Origin: Calditrichia bacterium
Lineage (GTDB): Bacteria; Calditrichota; Calditrichia; RBG-13-44-9; J075
DNA: 51,406 bases
NCBI GenBank assembly: GCA_050633245.1
Contig: JBOEGD010000023.1
Coordinates: 1-51,406, forward strand
Reading direction: 5' to 3'
Numbering within the stretch: the stretch's first letter is position 1; each line of letters starts with the position of its first letter. Position numbers and translations under genes: made by a program. The notes under the pieces were generated by a model. It was not told the origin of the DNA. It saw only the letters and a list, made by a program, of their open reading frames with translations, and searched no databases. Below, in pieces: positions 1 to 8,648 of this stretch.

Positions 1-89
1 GCAGTAAGGCAGTAAGGCAGTTTAAAGACGGCAGGCAAAAAACGGCAATTCAACGCTAAGCTCGATTCTGTGTTCTTGCTTCTTGCTTC
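1..89. repeat. Composite short tandem repeat (8-mer GCAGTAAG, 14-mer GACGGCAG-type, 7-mer TTCTTGC); may continue left of the window
   Basis: GCAGTAAG at 1-8, 9-16 and partial at 17-21; GACGGCAGGCAAAA (27-40) and AACGGCAATTCAAC (41-54); TTCTGTG-TTCTTGC-TTCTTGC-TTC (66-89). Confidence 0.8.
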
Positions 90-162
90 AAGCTAATTGC
101 TTCCGGCTTCTCTCACCGACCGAATGCCGATTGCTTCCCGCTAGTTGCATCCCCCTTCCTCA

Positions 163-183
163 TCTGTGTTCTGTGTTCTGTTC
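163..183. repeat. Heptamer repeat TCTGTGT x2 plus a partial copy
   Basis: TCTGTGT 163-169 and 170-176, TCTGT 177-181; runs up to the yajC -35 box. Confidence 0.65.
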
Positions 184-212
184 TTGAACCCTGAATTTTA
201 TTTTCGTATATT
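184..212 (+). promoter_or_regulatory. Putative sigma70 promoter of yajC-def-fmt
   Basis: TTGAAC(184-189)-N17-TATATT(207-212). Confidence 0.55.
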
Positions 213-246
213 TTGCCGTTCATAAACAAACCAGTTGGAGACTGAT

Positions 247-573
247 GTGGAATTTTTACACGCACTTGCACAAGACGGTGGACAGGCCATGGGGACAATC
301 GCAACCTTTCTGCCATTTATATTAATTTTTTTGGTGTTCTACTTCTTTATGATGCGCCCGCAAATCAAGAAACAAAATGAGCGCGAAGCAATGCTTAAGA
401 CCGTTAGTAAAGGAAACGACATTATTACTGCTGGTGGACTCCACGGTAAGGTTGTTGGAGAAAAAAGCGGTGGCAAAGTGCTGACAATTCGCGTTGCCGA
501 TAAAGTTGAAATGGATGTTGATAGAACAGCAATCGCACAGATTAAGGGCGTTACTGACAAGGACGAGAAGTAA
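247..573 (+). CDS. yajC: Preprotein translocase subunit YajC
   Basis: Single TM 'FLVFYFFMMRPQ', 'GNDIITAGGLHG', 'DRTAI'; GTG start at 247 after GGAG (ORF track starts at 235). Confidence 0.95.
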   Translation: MEFLHALAQDGGQAMGTIATFLPFILIFLVFYFFMMRPQIKKQNEREAMLKTVSKGNDIITAGGLHGKVVGEKSGGKVLTIRVADKVEMDVDRTAIAQIKGVTDKDEK

Positions 574-587
574 CTTTAGATAGGTGA

Positions 588-1106
588 ATGATGGCTGTAT
601 TGCCTGTAATAAAACTAGGACATTCCTCCTTGCGTAAACGCGCAGAGGAAATTGACGTTTTCGATGAAGAATTACGCACACTGTCAATTAATATGATAGA
701 AACCATGCGCGTGAATGATGGTATTGGCCTTGCCGGGCCTCAGGTAAACATCCTGAAGCGAATTTTTGTCATCGACCTGCACGTTCTTGATGAAGAGCTT
801 GAGGCAAAAGCCTATATCAACCCGGAGATTATTGATACCGAAGGATCTGAGAAGATGGAGGAAGGCTGCTTGAGCATTCCCTTCGTCCGTGCTGATGTAT
901 CGCGCCCTGAAAAGCTAAAAGTTCGCTATCAGGATATTGAGGGCAATGCTCAGGAAGAGGAAATGGATGAGTTTCTGGCACGGGTTTTTCAACACGAGCT
1001 GGATCATCTGAACGGCGTCATGTTTATCGATCATCTTTCACTTATTCAACGCAAGCTGCTCGAACCAAAGCTGAAACGCATTCGAGGAGAAAATACGCTT
1101 TCGTGA
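588..1106 (+). CDS. def: Peptide deformylase
   Basis: Motifs GIGLAGPQV, EGCLS, HELDH; start may be ATG 591. Confidence 0.97.
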   Translation: MMAVLPVIKLGHSSLRKRAEEIDVFDEELRTLSINMIETMRVNDGIGLAGPQVNILKRIFVIDLHVLDEELEAKAYINPEIIDTEGSEKMEEGCLSIPFVRADVSRPEKLKVRYQDIEGNAQEEEMDEFLARVFQHELDHLNGVMFIDHLSLIQRKLLEPKLKRIRGENTLS

Positions 1107-2050
1107 AAAAGTCGCTACGTATCGTTTTTATGGGCACTCCCCATTTTGCCATTCCCACTCTGGAAAAAATCCATCTATCCCACCATACAGTGGTTGGCGT
1201 TGTAACTCCACCGGATAAACGGCGTGGACGCGGCAAGAAGCTTCTTCCCCCTCCGGTAAAGCAATTCGCACTAGACAATGATCTTGCACCAATTCTACAA
1301 CCCCTTAAAATGCGTGATGAAGGATTCGTTGAAGAGCTACGTGCTCTGGAAGCGGACTTGTTTGTCGTCGTCGCGTTTCGTATTCTGCCGGTTGCCGTCT
1401 TCACTATGCCACCGCTTGGTACAATCAATTTGCATCCATCTGAACTACCAAAGTATCGCGGTGCCGCCCCATTAAACTGGACGATAATGAATGGCGAAAC
1501 TGAAACGGCTATTTCAACCATCTTTCTACGCAAAGAAATTGATGCTGGAAATATCATCATTCAGGAAAAGCGTGACATTCATCCAGACGAGACCGTTGGC
1601 ACTCTTCATGATCGCTTTTCCATAGATGGAGCGGATATCGTTCTTCGCAGTATCGAGATGATTGCCGATGGGTCCGTCGAGCCACAGGAACAAGACACTT
1701 CAAAAGCCACACCGGCCCCAAAGATAACCAAAGAAACCTGCCTGTTAAATTTTGATCAACCGGCAAAACGGGTTCGGCAATGGATTCACGGCCTCTCCCC
1801 TGTTCCTGGTGCATATTCATTTTACAAGGGAGACATGTTTAAGATTTTCTTTGCAGATCTGGTAGATGAGAAGAAACATGACGTTGCTCCCGGAACGATT
1901 CTGCATGCCGAGAAAGATGACATTCTAATCGCTTGCAATCCCGGCACGTTGAATCTGCGCGAGGTTCAAATTCAGGGTCGTAAACGTCTAAAAACAGGTG
2001 ATTTTTTAAGGGGATTTTCTTTCGACAAAGGAATTGTTCTGGGGTCGTAG
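1103..2050 (+). CDS. fmt: Methionyl-tRNA formyltransferase
   Basis: 'IVFMGTP', 'NLHPSELPKYRGAAP', 'IDAGNII'; GTGA overlap with def. Confidence 0.97.
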   Translation: MKKSLRIVFMGTPHFAIPTLEKIHLSHHTVVGVVTPPDKRRGRGKKLLPPPVKQFALDNDLAPILQPLKMRDEGFVEELRALEADLFVVVAFRILPVAVFTMPPLGTINLHPSELPKYRGAAPLNWTIMNGETETAISTIFLRKEIDAGNIIIQEKRDIHPDETVGTLHDRFSIDGADIVLRSIEMIADGSVEPQEQDTSKATPAPKITKETCLLNFDQPAKRVRQWIHGLSPVPGAYSFYKGDMFKIFFADLVDEKKHDVAPGTILHAEKDDILIACNPGTLNLREVQIQGRKRLKTGDFLRGFSFDKGIVLGS

Positions 2051-2075
2051 AGTCGCATGCATTGCGACCCTACGA
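2045..2075. repeat. GTAG-type REP-like palindrome
   Basis: TCGTAGAGTCGCA-tgcat-TGCGACCCTACGA, 13-bp arms with one mismatch; contains the fmt TAG stop. Confidence 0.75.
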
Positions 2076-2102
2076 TATGCCTTGTGATACTTTCAACATC
2101 AT

Positions 2103-2423
2103 TTAGCGTCGTCTTACCACCACGCGTTTCTTCTTCCAGTAGCCTTTAACCCAAACATAACCACCTTTGCGCTTTGCCCAATGGCCTTTAACCCAAACGT
2201 GCTTTGCTCGGGGCTTTACCCAGTAACCTTTAACCCAAACGTGCTTGCGACCATTCCAATGCCAACGCCCGTTAACCCATACGCCATTCTTATACGGCAT
2301 TTTCGGGCGAACCTCCACCTTCACCGCAGGGGGTTTAATCTTTACAATCACTCCAGCTTGTGCATTCGCGCCAAACCCAACCAGGATAAAAAACAGGATA
2401 GAATATAAGAGACTGCGTTTCAT
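2103..2423 (-). CDS. Secreted WXXGXW/YXWGXW-repeat protein, very basic
   Basis: Signal peptide ending ANAQA; four VWVxGxW repeats; GAAAGGA RBS. Confidence 0.85.
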   Translation of the reverse strand: MKRSLLYSILFFILVGFGANAQAGVIVKIKPPAVKVEVRPKMPYKNGVWVNGRWHWNGRKHVWVKGYWVKPRAKHVWVKGHWAKRKGGYVWVKGYWKKKRVVVRRR

Positions 2424-2482
2424 GATATGTTCCTTTCGTTTTCAACATCTAACATTTTTTGATCATCCACAGTCTGGTATAT

Positions 2483-2499
2483 AGCGATTGCCGTGCCAA
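2483..2499 (-). promoter_or_regulatory. Putative sigma54 (-24/-12) promoter of the WXXGXW gene
   Basis: Minus strand TTGGCACG-GCAA-TCGCT, exact GG-N10-GC spacing. Confidence 0.55.
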
Positions 2500-2735
2500 T
2501 TCAAAAAACCACGGTTTTACGCAATATATCGGGTGACGGACATCAAGATTGTCCCTGCGGGTACAGTGGACTGAACTCACCGGGACATGGATAATTCGGA
2601 TAGAATGGATAATACAGGTAAGCTACACACGCGAGAGATATTCAGCAGGCAGAGACACAAGCTTATCAAGTGGAATAAATGTCCCGGCATTCGAATTATC
2701 ACCAGGACACCTACCACTCCTCATTTTATCCATGT

Positions 2736-3650
2736 TCAAAAGTGGCGAATTAGACTAAACCCAAGCCCAGGCTGTTTACTTTCAGAAGAATAGCTGTAAA
2801 CATTCCACGCAAGCGGCTTTTTCTTGCGATATTTGCGATTGGCAATAAGATTCCATGCACTAAGCAAAAGTGTGCCGGATGCGAAACCGAGGTTTGCTCG
2901 TGCAAAGTTCTTCTGGCTTTTGTGTAGGGAGTTGTCCTGTTTCTCAGGATAAGAAGCCAACCCAAGCAGAAACTGCGCCGATCCAAAGAAAAGGCCAACA
3001 ACAGCTGCCCGCTTCGAATCCGCATTTCCCGACAGCTGAATAATATCCAAGGTCATAATCGAAACATTTATCCCTGTTAACAATCCGGTGCTGACTGCAA
3101 GAGATGTCTTAACTTCTTCTTCCTCCAGAGGAAAGTATGTCGGCTGAATCATCGCACATTCTTCAAGGGTCAAGCCAGATTGCGCTACCCATTCGCTGAG
3201 CTCCGGCGAGTCCATATCGTAAATATTTGCATACTGATAGAGAGAGTTAATTTGTTCCGCCAACTCCTTTCCAGCCGTCTGTTCAACCAGATAACCAACT
3301 GCACAAATATTTCCGTCGCGATCTATAAAGCAGGGTGTGCGTTCTGTGTAATCATAGTTTCGTGGGAATTCACCGGCAAGACGATAGTCACGTAGCATAT
3401 CCAACAACTGAAATCGTCTGTTCCGCAGCTCAGCGGATAAATGCTCAACATTTTTGGATCGCAGCAGATCCTCGACATAAGCCAGGTGCGTTTCAATTCT
3501 AAGCTGTTCATCTGTCTCGGCATCGGGCAGCATACCAAAAGTAGCCAAAAAGCTGGCGTCTCCTAAAACGACGTTGACAGGACTGACAACCGGATTCGCC
3601 GATAAGCTGCCAAGTTGAATGACAAATAAAATGGCTAAAAAACGTATCAT
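2736..3650 (-). CDS. Conserved hypothetical exported/membrane protein
   Basis: ATG 3650 after GGGAGGA; signal peptide; motif 'FPRNYDY..RTPCFIDRDGNICAVGYL...IQPTY'; three C-terminal hydrophobic helices. Confidence 0.8.
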   Translation of the reverse strand: MIRFLAILFVIQLGSLSANPVVSPVNVVLGDASFLATFGMLPDAETDEQLRIETHLAYVEDLLRSKNVEHLSAELRNRRFQLLDMLRDYRLAGEFPRNYDYTERTPCFIDRDGNICAVGYLVEQTAGKELAEQINSLYQYANIYDMDSPELSEWVAQSGLTLEECAMIQPTYFPLEEEEVKTSLAVSTGLLTGINVSIMTLDIIQLSGNADSKRAAVVGLFFGSAQFLLGLASYPEKQDNSLHKSQKNFARANLGFASGTLLLSAWNLIANRKYRKKKPLAWNVYSYSSESKQPGLGFSLIRHF

Positions 3651-3742
3651 TATTCCTCCCTCATTCCCGCTAAAAGTGAGGTTTAAAACTACTGTTTCTT
3701 TGTTGATTGCCGCAAGAGTAAAATCGAGCACCAGAAAAACAG

Positions 3743-4282
3743 TTATTGGCTGGTTTTAGCGAGTTTGTCGAAATTATTTCGATCTGCATCCAACTTTTCT
3801 GGACGAGAACCAAAAATTTCACTGAGAATTACTATAGTTTTATCGCGCTCCGTATTAAAGCCAAACAGCATCATTCCGGTAGCAAATGGAATAGCTGCAA
3901 TTGGCAAGAGTCCCCGCCAATTGAACCCCCCTTCGCTGGGAATTACAAGCAGCATTACCAGTCCGGCCAAGAGGGCCATACCGATAATAATACCCATCAA
4001 GGCCAGTCCAAGGGGATGGATAAAAAGATGGACGTCAATGCGTGAACCTGAAACATCTGGCTCAATTCTACCATTAATTTGTGGTGCAAAGGAGTTTTTG
4101 TAATTGAGTATGCGCCACATATTAAAGCGTCCACCCTTAAGTTCGCCCTCAAACGCCTTGTTTCCTGTTCGGCTCATCCGAACCATTTTCTGTGGTTCCA
4201 GATGAGCTTCGAGCTTTGCTGTAGCCTCCTCGATCGTCATTGGAGTGCGATAACAAAAAGAATCTTTCGGTAAGAATTTCAT
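3743..4282 (-). CDS. Hypothetical membrane protein (2 TM)
   Basis: ATG 4282 after GAGAGAG; 'YKNSFAPQINGRI' followed by two TM segments. Confidence 0.75.
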   Translation of the reverse strand: MKFLPKDSFCYRTPMTIEEATAKLEAHLEPQKMVRMSRTGNKAFEGELKGGRFNMWRILNYKNSFAPQINGRIEPDVSGSRIDVHLFIHPLGLALMGIIIGMALLAGLVMLLVIPSEGGFNWRGLLPIAAIPFATGMMLFGFNTERDKTIVILSEIFGSRPEKLDADRNNFDKLAKTSQ

Positions 4283-4352
4283 ATCTCTCTCATATTTTGA
4301 AGCTTGAAATCGTAGCATCAGATGAAGAGAAACAGAAACCTGGATCTCTACC

Positions 4353-4715
4353 TTATGCCTTAAATACTTTTTTCTCATAAATGTAGGACACTAAGGCCAG
4401 CACGATTGCGAACATTGCGCCACCGGCTTCACCGTCTCCGATGTTCATATGTGCAGAAGCCGCCAGCACAAAATTGAAAAAGAATCCGGCATAAGCCCAT
4501 TCTTTTAACGTCTCGGATTTGCGCGTCCAAATGGCTACCAGCCCTAATAGTTTTGCAATTGCCAGTGGGTAGATGATATAGGTTGGAAATCCTAAACCAG
4601 TAAATGCCCCCTGTATCTCTTCATTATTGAAAATATACATGCCTGCTGAAAATAACATTAAAAGAGTAAGCAGTCCGGTAGACGCCCAGTAAATAATCTT
4701 ATCACGCTTTTCCAC
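4353..4715 (-). CDS. DoxX-like family membrane protein
   Basis: 'IIYWASTGL', 'LGFPTY', 'AKLLG', 'LKEWAYAGFFF', 'SAH'; GTG start after GGAG. Confidence 0.9.
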   Translation of the reverse strand: MEKRDKIIYWASTGLLTLLMLFSAGMYIFNNEEIQGAFTGLGFPTYIIYPLAIAKLLGLVAIWTRKSETLKEWAYAGFFFNFVLAASAHMNIGDGEAGGAMFAIVLALVSYIYEKKVFKA

Positions 4716-4796
4716 GATAATTCTCCATTTTGTTTGGTACTGTTGGGTGAGCTGTCTTTAAAGAAACTTAAAAGCGTGGACATAGACAAATTGTAA

Positions 4797-4900
4797 GCGA
4801 TTGGGCGATTGGGCGATTGGGCGATTGGGCGATTGGGCGATTGGGCGATTGGGCGATTGGGCGATTGGGCGATTGGGCGATTGGGCGATTGGGCGATTGT
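4797..4900. repeat. Octamer tandem repeat (GCGATTGG)x13
   Basis: 12 perfect copies plus GCGATTGT; 8-bp inverted flanks ACAAATTG (4786-4793) and CAATTTGT (4901-4908). Confidence 0.97.
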
Positions 4901-4956
4901 CAATTTGTGCTTGTCATATCCGATATCAAGAATAAAATCCGTTCACCGTTCACAAA

Positions 4957-6276
4957 TCAGTTCCGAATAACCGCAGCCTCAGCAATAAGTGCATCGAAAG
5001 CCACCTGCTGTGAACTGGTTAGCGTACCCGAAAGCAAATCACTCTGTTCGTAGGCATCTGTAGATAAATCGTAGAACTCCTGTCGATTATTGTCAAATTG
5101 GATCAGCTTATATTGTGCATTGCGAATAGCATACCCGGAACTATTTGCATTATCTCCAAGCACCTCGACATAGTTGACCTCACGCGCAGTGGCTCCCGAA
5201 CCATCGAGAAGTGAAGCAAAGCTATAGCTGTCCTGGTAGCTACTCAGAGACACTCCGGCAAGCTCCGCAATTGTGGCAAAAAGGTCTGTGCTGCAGACAA
5301 GGCTGGCCTCACGTTCATTAATACGTGTGATGCCGGCGCCTGATACAATTAGTGGCACATGCACCCCACCCTGATAGAGGCTCCCCTTACTTTGAGCGGT
5401 TTGATAAGGAGATTGAATAACCTGTCTATTCGATCCATTATCACCAATAAAGATGACAACCGTATTATCAAACTGTTCCTGAGGCAGACTGTTTAGTATG
5501 CGCCCCAATTCAAAATCGACACTCTCTGTCATCGCCATAAAATAGGGCAGCGGGTTGGCGGCAACACTTATTGAATCCGAGGGCAAATTCCCCTGTGAAT
5601 GCATCGAGTCCGGCGGCAAATGAAACGGCGTGTGCGGAGCCGTATAGGCAACCCAACAAAACCAGGGTTTGCTTTGCTGACCAATCCAGTCGATAGCCAG
5701 GTTCGTAATCTTTGTCGTGATATATCCGCTGAACTGCGAGTTTTGTCCATTATCGGTAAAACGCCAGGCGTTGTAGTCATCTGTTGCGCCATTGAGCAGT
5801 CCGGCATAATAATCGATGCCCATCTGGGCAGGGCGATCAGGTTCTCCTTGCGATAGATGCCACTTACCTACGATGGCATTTGCATAGGCATCGCCGGTTT
5901 TATCATTTAGATACGCTTGCAAGGTTATCTCAGAAGCAGGGATAGTTGAAGCGTTTTCCGCATTCAATACGCCGGTTCGATAACCATAACGACCACTGAT
6001 AATCGATGCCCTCGTTGGTGAACAGATTGGGTAGGCCCAGGCATTGTCGAATGTGATCCCACGCGATGCCAGGCTTTGCAAATTCGGCATGTTGGGTTTC
6101 ACTGCCCCGATTGCATATCCGGGAGTTGCCTCAATTCCAATATCATCTGCAATAACCAGTAAAATATTTACATCTGTCGGCGTAGCCGGCGGTTCAATAG
6201 AAACCGAGGGTTCATTTTTGCTACAGTTGTTAAAAAATAAGGCGGCAACACAGAGAATAGTCACAATACATTTCAT
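4957..6276 (-). CDS. Formylglycine-dependent (Cys-type) sulfatase, probable lipoprotein
   Basis: 'NILLVIADD', CSPTRASIISGR (CxPxR), 'GKWHL', 'APHTPFH', 'GDNG'; lipobox-like FNNC; alternative GTG start at 6285. Confidence 0.92.
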   Translation of the reverse strand: MKCIVTILCVAALFFNNCSKNEPSVSIEPPATPTDVNILLVIADDIGIEATPGYAIGAVKPNMPNLQSLASRGITFDNAWAYPICSPTRASIISGRYGYRTGVLNAENASTIPASEITLQAYLNDKTGDAYANAIVGKWHLSQGEPDRPAQMGIDYYAGLLNGATDDYNAWRFTDNGQNSQFSGYITTKITNLAIDWIGQQSKPWFCWVAYTAPHTPFHLPPDSMHSQGNLPSDSISVAANPLPYFMAMTESVDFELGRILNSLPQEQFDNTVVIFIGDNGSNRQVIQSPYQTAQSKGSLYQGGVHVPLIVSGAGITRINEREASLVCSTDLFATIAELAGVSLSSYQDSYSFASLLDGSGATAREVNYVEVLGDNANSSGYAIRNAQYKLIQFDNNRQEFYDLSTDAYEQSDLLSGTLTSSQQVAFDALIAEAAVIRN

Positions 6277-6326
6277 TCGGCTCACTCGTGTCGGGATGGA
6301 TCATCATTAATTTTGTGCTCTACTAA

Positions 6327-6355
6327 TCGGACAATCAGCACCGGAATTTATTGCA
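6327..6355 (-). promoter_or_regulatory. Possible ECF sigma promoter of the sulfatase
   Basis: Minus strand TGCAAT-N17-GTCCGA; same pattern at 45556. Confidence 0.35.
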
Positions 6356-6373
6356 AAGCCTTTAGCCGCGACG

Positions 6374-6412
6374 TCTCGCTTCTCGCCTCTTACCTCTTAC
6401 CTCTCGCCTCTA
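6374..6412. repeat. Heptamer array TCT(C/T)(G/A)C(C/T) x5
   Basis: TCTCGCT, TCTCGCC, TCTTACC, TCTTACC, TCTCGCC, then TCTA overlapping the acetamidase TAG stop. Confidence 0.8.
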
Positions 6413-7429
6413 GTCCATCCCAAGCACTGATTTCGGCATGTGCATCGCAACGAGCATATTTGGCAAATCGACAACTTCAGCAATCTTGAGATCTCCAGCA
6501 AGAGAACACAGAGCGTAGGCATCATTGCGATCCATCTTGTGTTCTTTCACTAAATAGTCGACCATAAAGCCAACGGCCTTTTTTGCCGCAATATCGAGCG
6601 ACGTGCCAACCGCTGTTACGGCATAATAATCGTCACCCTCATATTCTGGCTCTGGAATTTGGCGTCCGCCCTTTAGAACGTCAACCTGATAGACAATGTG
6701 CATTGGAATTTCAATAGCGGTTCCGCAAACCTCCCCCATTCCCTGTGTGGCATGCGCATCGCCAATAGAAAACAGTGCCCCTTCAACAAAGACCGGAAAA
6801 TAAACGCTGGTGCCCTCCACCAAATGCGGATCGTCCATATTCCCGCCGTTCTCGCGAGGAGGAATCGTGGACAGCATTTCTTCTGTTGCCGGGGCGACGC
6901 CCATAACGCCAGGGAATGGACTGAGCGGGATTCGAATATCCTCGCTAAAATCGACATATTTTGCGCCAGGAGACATTTCATAGGTTTTCAGCCAGGGCTT
7001 AGTAAATTGGTCAGCAAGAAAGCTAAATCCTGGCAGAATAGCGGTCCAGCCCCAATCCTGCACCTCAATCTTATGTAGCGTCACCTTTAGCACATCGCCG
7101 GGCATAGCACCTTCAACAAAAACAGGTCCGGTTAGAGGGTGAATCGGATCGAACTCAAGGGTAGCTAAAACTTCCGGGCCATCACCCGGCTTTATTTGTC
7201 CATCACTTGCCTCTTCAGTAAACACTTCAATAACCGCGCCGGACGGAACAGTAATGGCAGGTGGAATAGCCGAACTGAATTTGTTATGCGTCTGCTCAGT
7301 CGTGAGCGTAAACTGCGCCTCGGGAACAGTCTTCATAACAGCTTCAGCAACAGAAGAATCGTCTTGGCTATTGCAGGCATTAAGTAGGAAAATGCTTATT
7401 GCGATAGCGTAAAGCATAATGTATCTCAT
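6410..7429 (-). CDS. Acetamidase/formamidase family protein with lipoprotein signal
   Basis: 'HPLTGPVFVEGAMPGD', 'GGNMD', 'GDAHATQGMGEVCGTAIE'; lipobox LNAC. Confidence 0.92.
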   Translation of the reverse strand: MRYIMLYAIAISIFLLNACNSQDDSSVAEAVMKTVPEAQFTLTTEQTHNKFSSAIPPAITVPSGAVIEVFTEEASDGQIKPGDGPEVLATLEFDPIHPLTGPVFVEGAMPGDVLKVTLHKIEVQDWGWTAILPGFSFLADQFTKPWLKTYEMSPGAKYVDFSEDIRIPLSPFPGVMGVAPATEEMLSTIPPRENGGNMDDPHLVEGTSVYFPVFVEGALFSIGDAHATQGMGEVCGTAIEIPMHIVYQVDVLKGGRQIPEPEYEGDDYYAVTAVGTSLDIAAKKAVGFMVDYLVKEHKMDRNDAYALCSLAGDLKIAEVVDLPNMLVAMHMPKSVLGMD

Positions 7430-7508
7430 AAAAACCTCGCTACAGGTAAGTATTGAATGTAGGATGTGCTATGTTAAAATGAACTGAAAGGAAAGGAGAT
7501 ATACAAAT

Positions 7509-7557
7509 AGCGATCGGCAGTAGGCAGTAGGCAGTAGGCAATCGGCAATCGACAATT
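7509..7557. repeat. Heptamer array GGCAGTA/GGCAATC x7
   Basis: AGCGATC, GGCAGTA x3, GGCAATC x2, GACAATT; immediately downstream of the M28 stop. Confidence 0.85.
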
Positions 7558-7558
7558 A

Positions 7559-8524
7559 TCAATCCAAACGGACGATTGCGCGATAGGCACTGTTTACTAC
7601 TTCGGTTAGTTTTTCAAAATCCAACGTGTCAATGGTATCAGTTGGTTCATGATAGTTTGGATTGCGCAGAAAAGAGGTATCGTTTAGCATTAAGGCGGGA
7701 TAGCCGAATCGCCAGTAATTGCTTTGATCGGAAAGGCCGGCTGCACCAAAAGGCGAGGGGAAATTGATTATGCGGATATCGACTTTTGAACCATCCGCCA
7801 TTAGCTGATGAAAACGCTCACTAAATGATCGATACTCACGTATTCCGACCACCACTAGAAAGTTACCAACGCTCGGGAACTCCACATTTACATCCGGGAC
7901 ATTAACGGACTGCGAATTAGGCTTGTCTGAGAAATAGCCAATCATCTCGTAGCAAATCATACCCATCACATCAACGTTTTGCTCCTTCAACGATTTCGCA
8001 TGCACATAACTTCCCATCAATTCGCTGCCGAAAAATGGTGGTTCTTCCAAACAGTAGAAGACGAAATCAATGCGATAATCCAAATCCGGTTGATTTTCGA
8101 CGATTAATCGCATCGTTTCGAGCAATCCCGCTACCGCACTTGCATTATCATCTGCCCCTGGCTGATCGCCGCAAACATCATAATGAGCTCCAAGCACAAG
8201 ACGCTTTTTAGCCCCGCTGTTGTAGCTGGCAATCACGTTTTTGTAGATATTCCCCGAGGCTTCCCATTGCTGCACTCTGCTCTGTAAACCGGCAGCATGA
8301 ATTTCCTGCTTCAAATAATCGCAAACTTTTTCGAGTGACGCCAGGTTTTGATAGTTACGAAAGGGGCGCAGCTCGGTTAGAAATTCAACATCACTATAAA
8401 GTCGCTTCTGTTGTGCTTTTATATTCATTTCATTCGCTGTATTTGGCGGGGTTAACGGTTGTTTGGAAAGAACGGGTAAAGCGATAATTATTATTAAAGA
8501 AACAACGTATGCTCTGAAAGTCAT
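7559..8524 (-). CDS. M28 family metallopeptidase
   Basis: 'GAHYD', 'PGADDNASAVA', 'LEEPP', 'EMIGY', 'SDQ', 'YHEPTDT'. Confidence 0.92.
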   Translation of the reverse strand: MTFRAYVVSLIIIIALPVLSKQPLTPPNTANEMNIKAQQKRLYSDVEFLTELRPFRNYQNLASLEKVCDYLKQEIHAAGLQSRVQQWEASGNIYKNVIASYNSGAKKRLVLGAHYDVCGDQPGADDNASAVAGLLETMRLIVENQPDLDYRIDFVFYCLEEPPFFGSELMGSYVHAKSLKEQNVDVMGMICYEMIGYFSDKPNSQSVNVPDVNVEFPSVGNFLVVVGIREYRSFSERFHQLMADGSKVDIRIINFPSPFGAAGLSDQSNYWRFGYPALMLNDTSFLRNPNYHEPTDTIDTLDFEKLTEVVNSAYRAIVRLD

Positions 8525-8648
8525 ATCCTGGATCTCACGTTTAGTAGCTACAGACTATTGGCAGCTATCGTAAGTTTGCTGAAAAATTCTCCCGCCAATG
8601 ACGTTAAATTACCCCAGGCTACTATTTTGAACCTCTTCAATTGTTCGC

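Noticed and set aside
2549-2793. Small plus-strand ORFs and the ATGGATAAT x2 direct repeat
   Set aside because: No RBS or recognisable motif; two 9-mers alone are too weak to call.
4658-5053. ORFs with IAQSPNRP / GDWAIGRL peptide repeats
   Set aside because: Translations of the 8-bp DNA repeat, which has no stop in these frames; they overlap real genes and lack an RBS.
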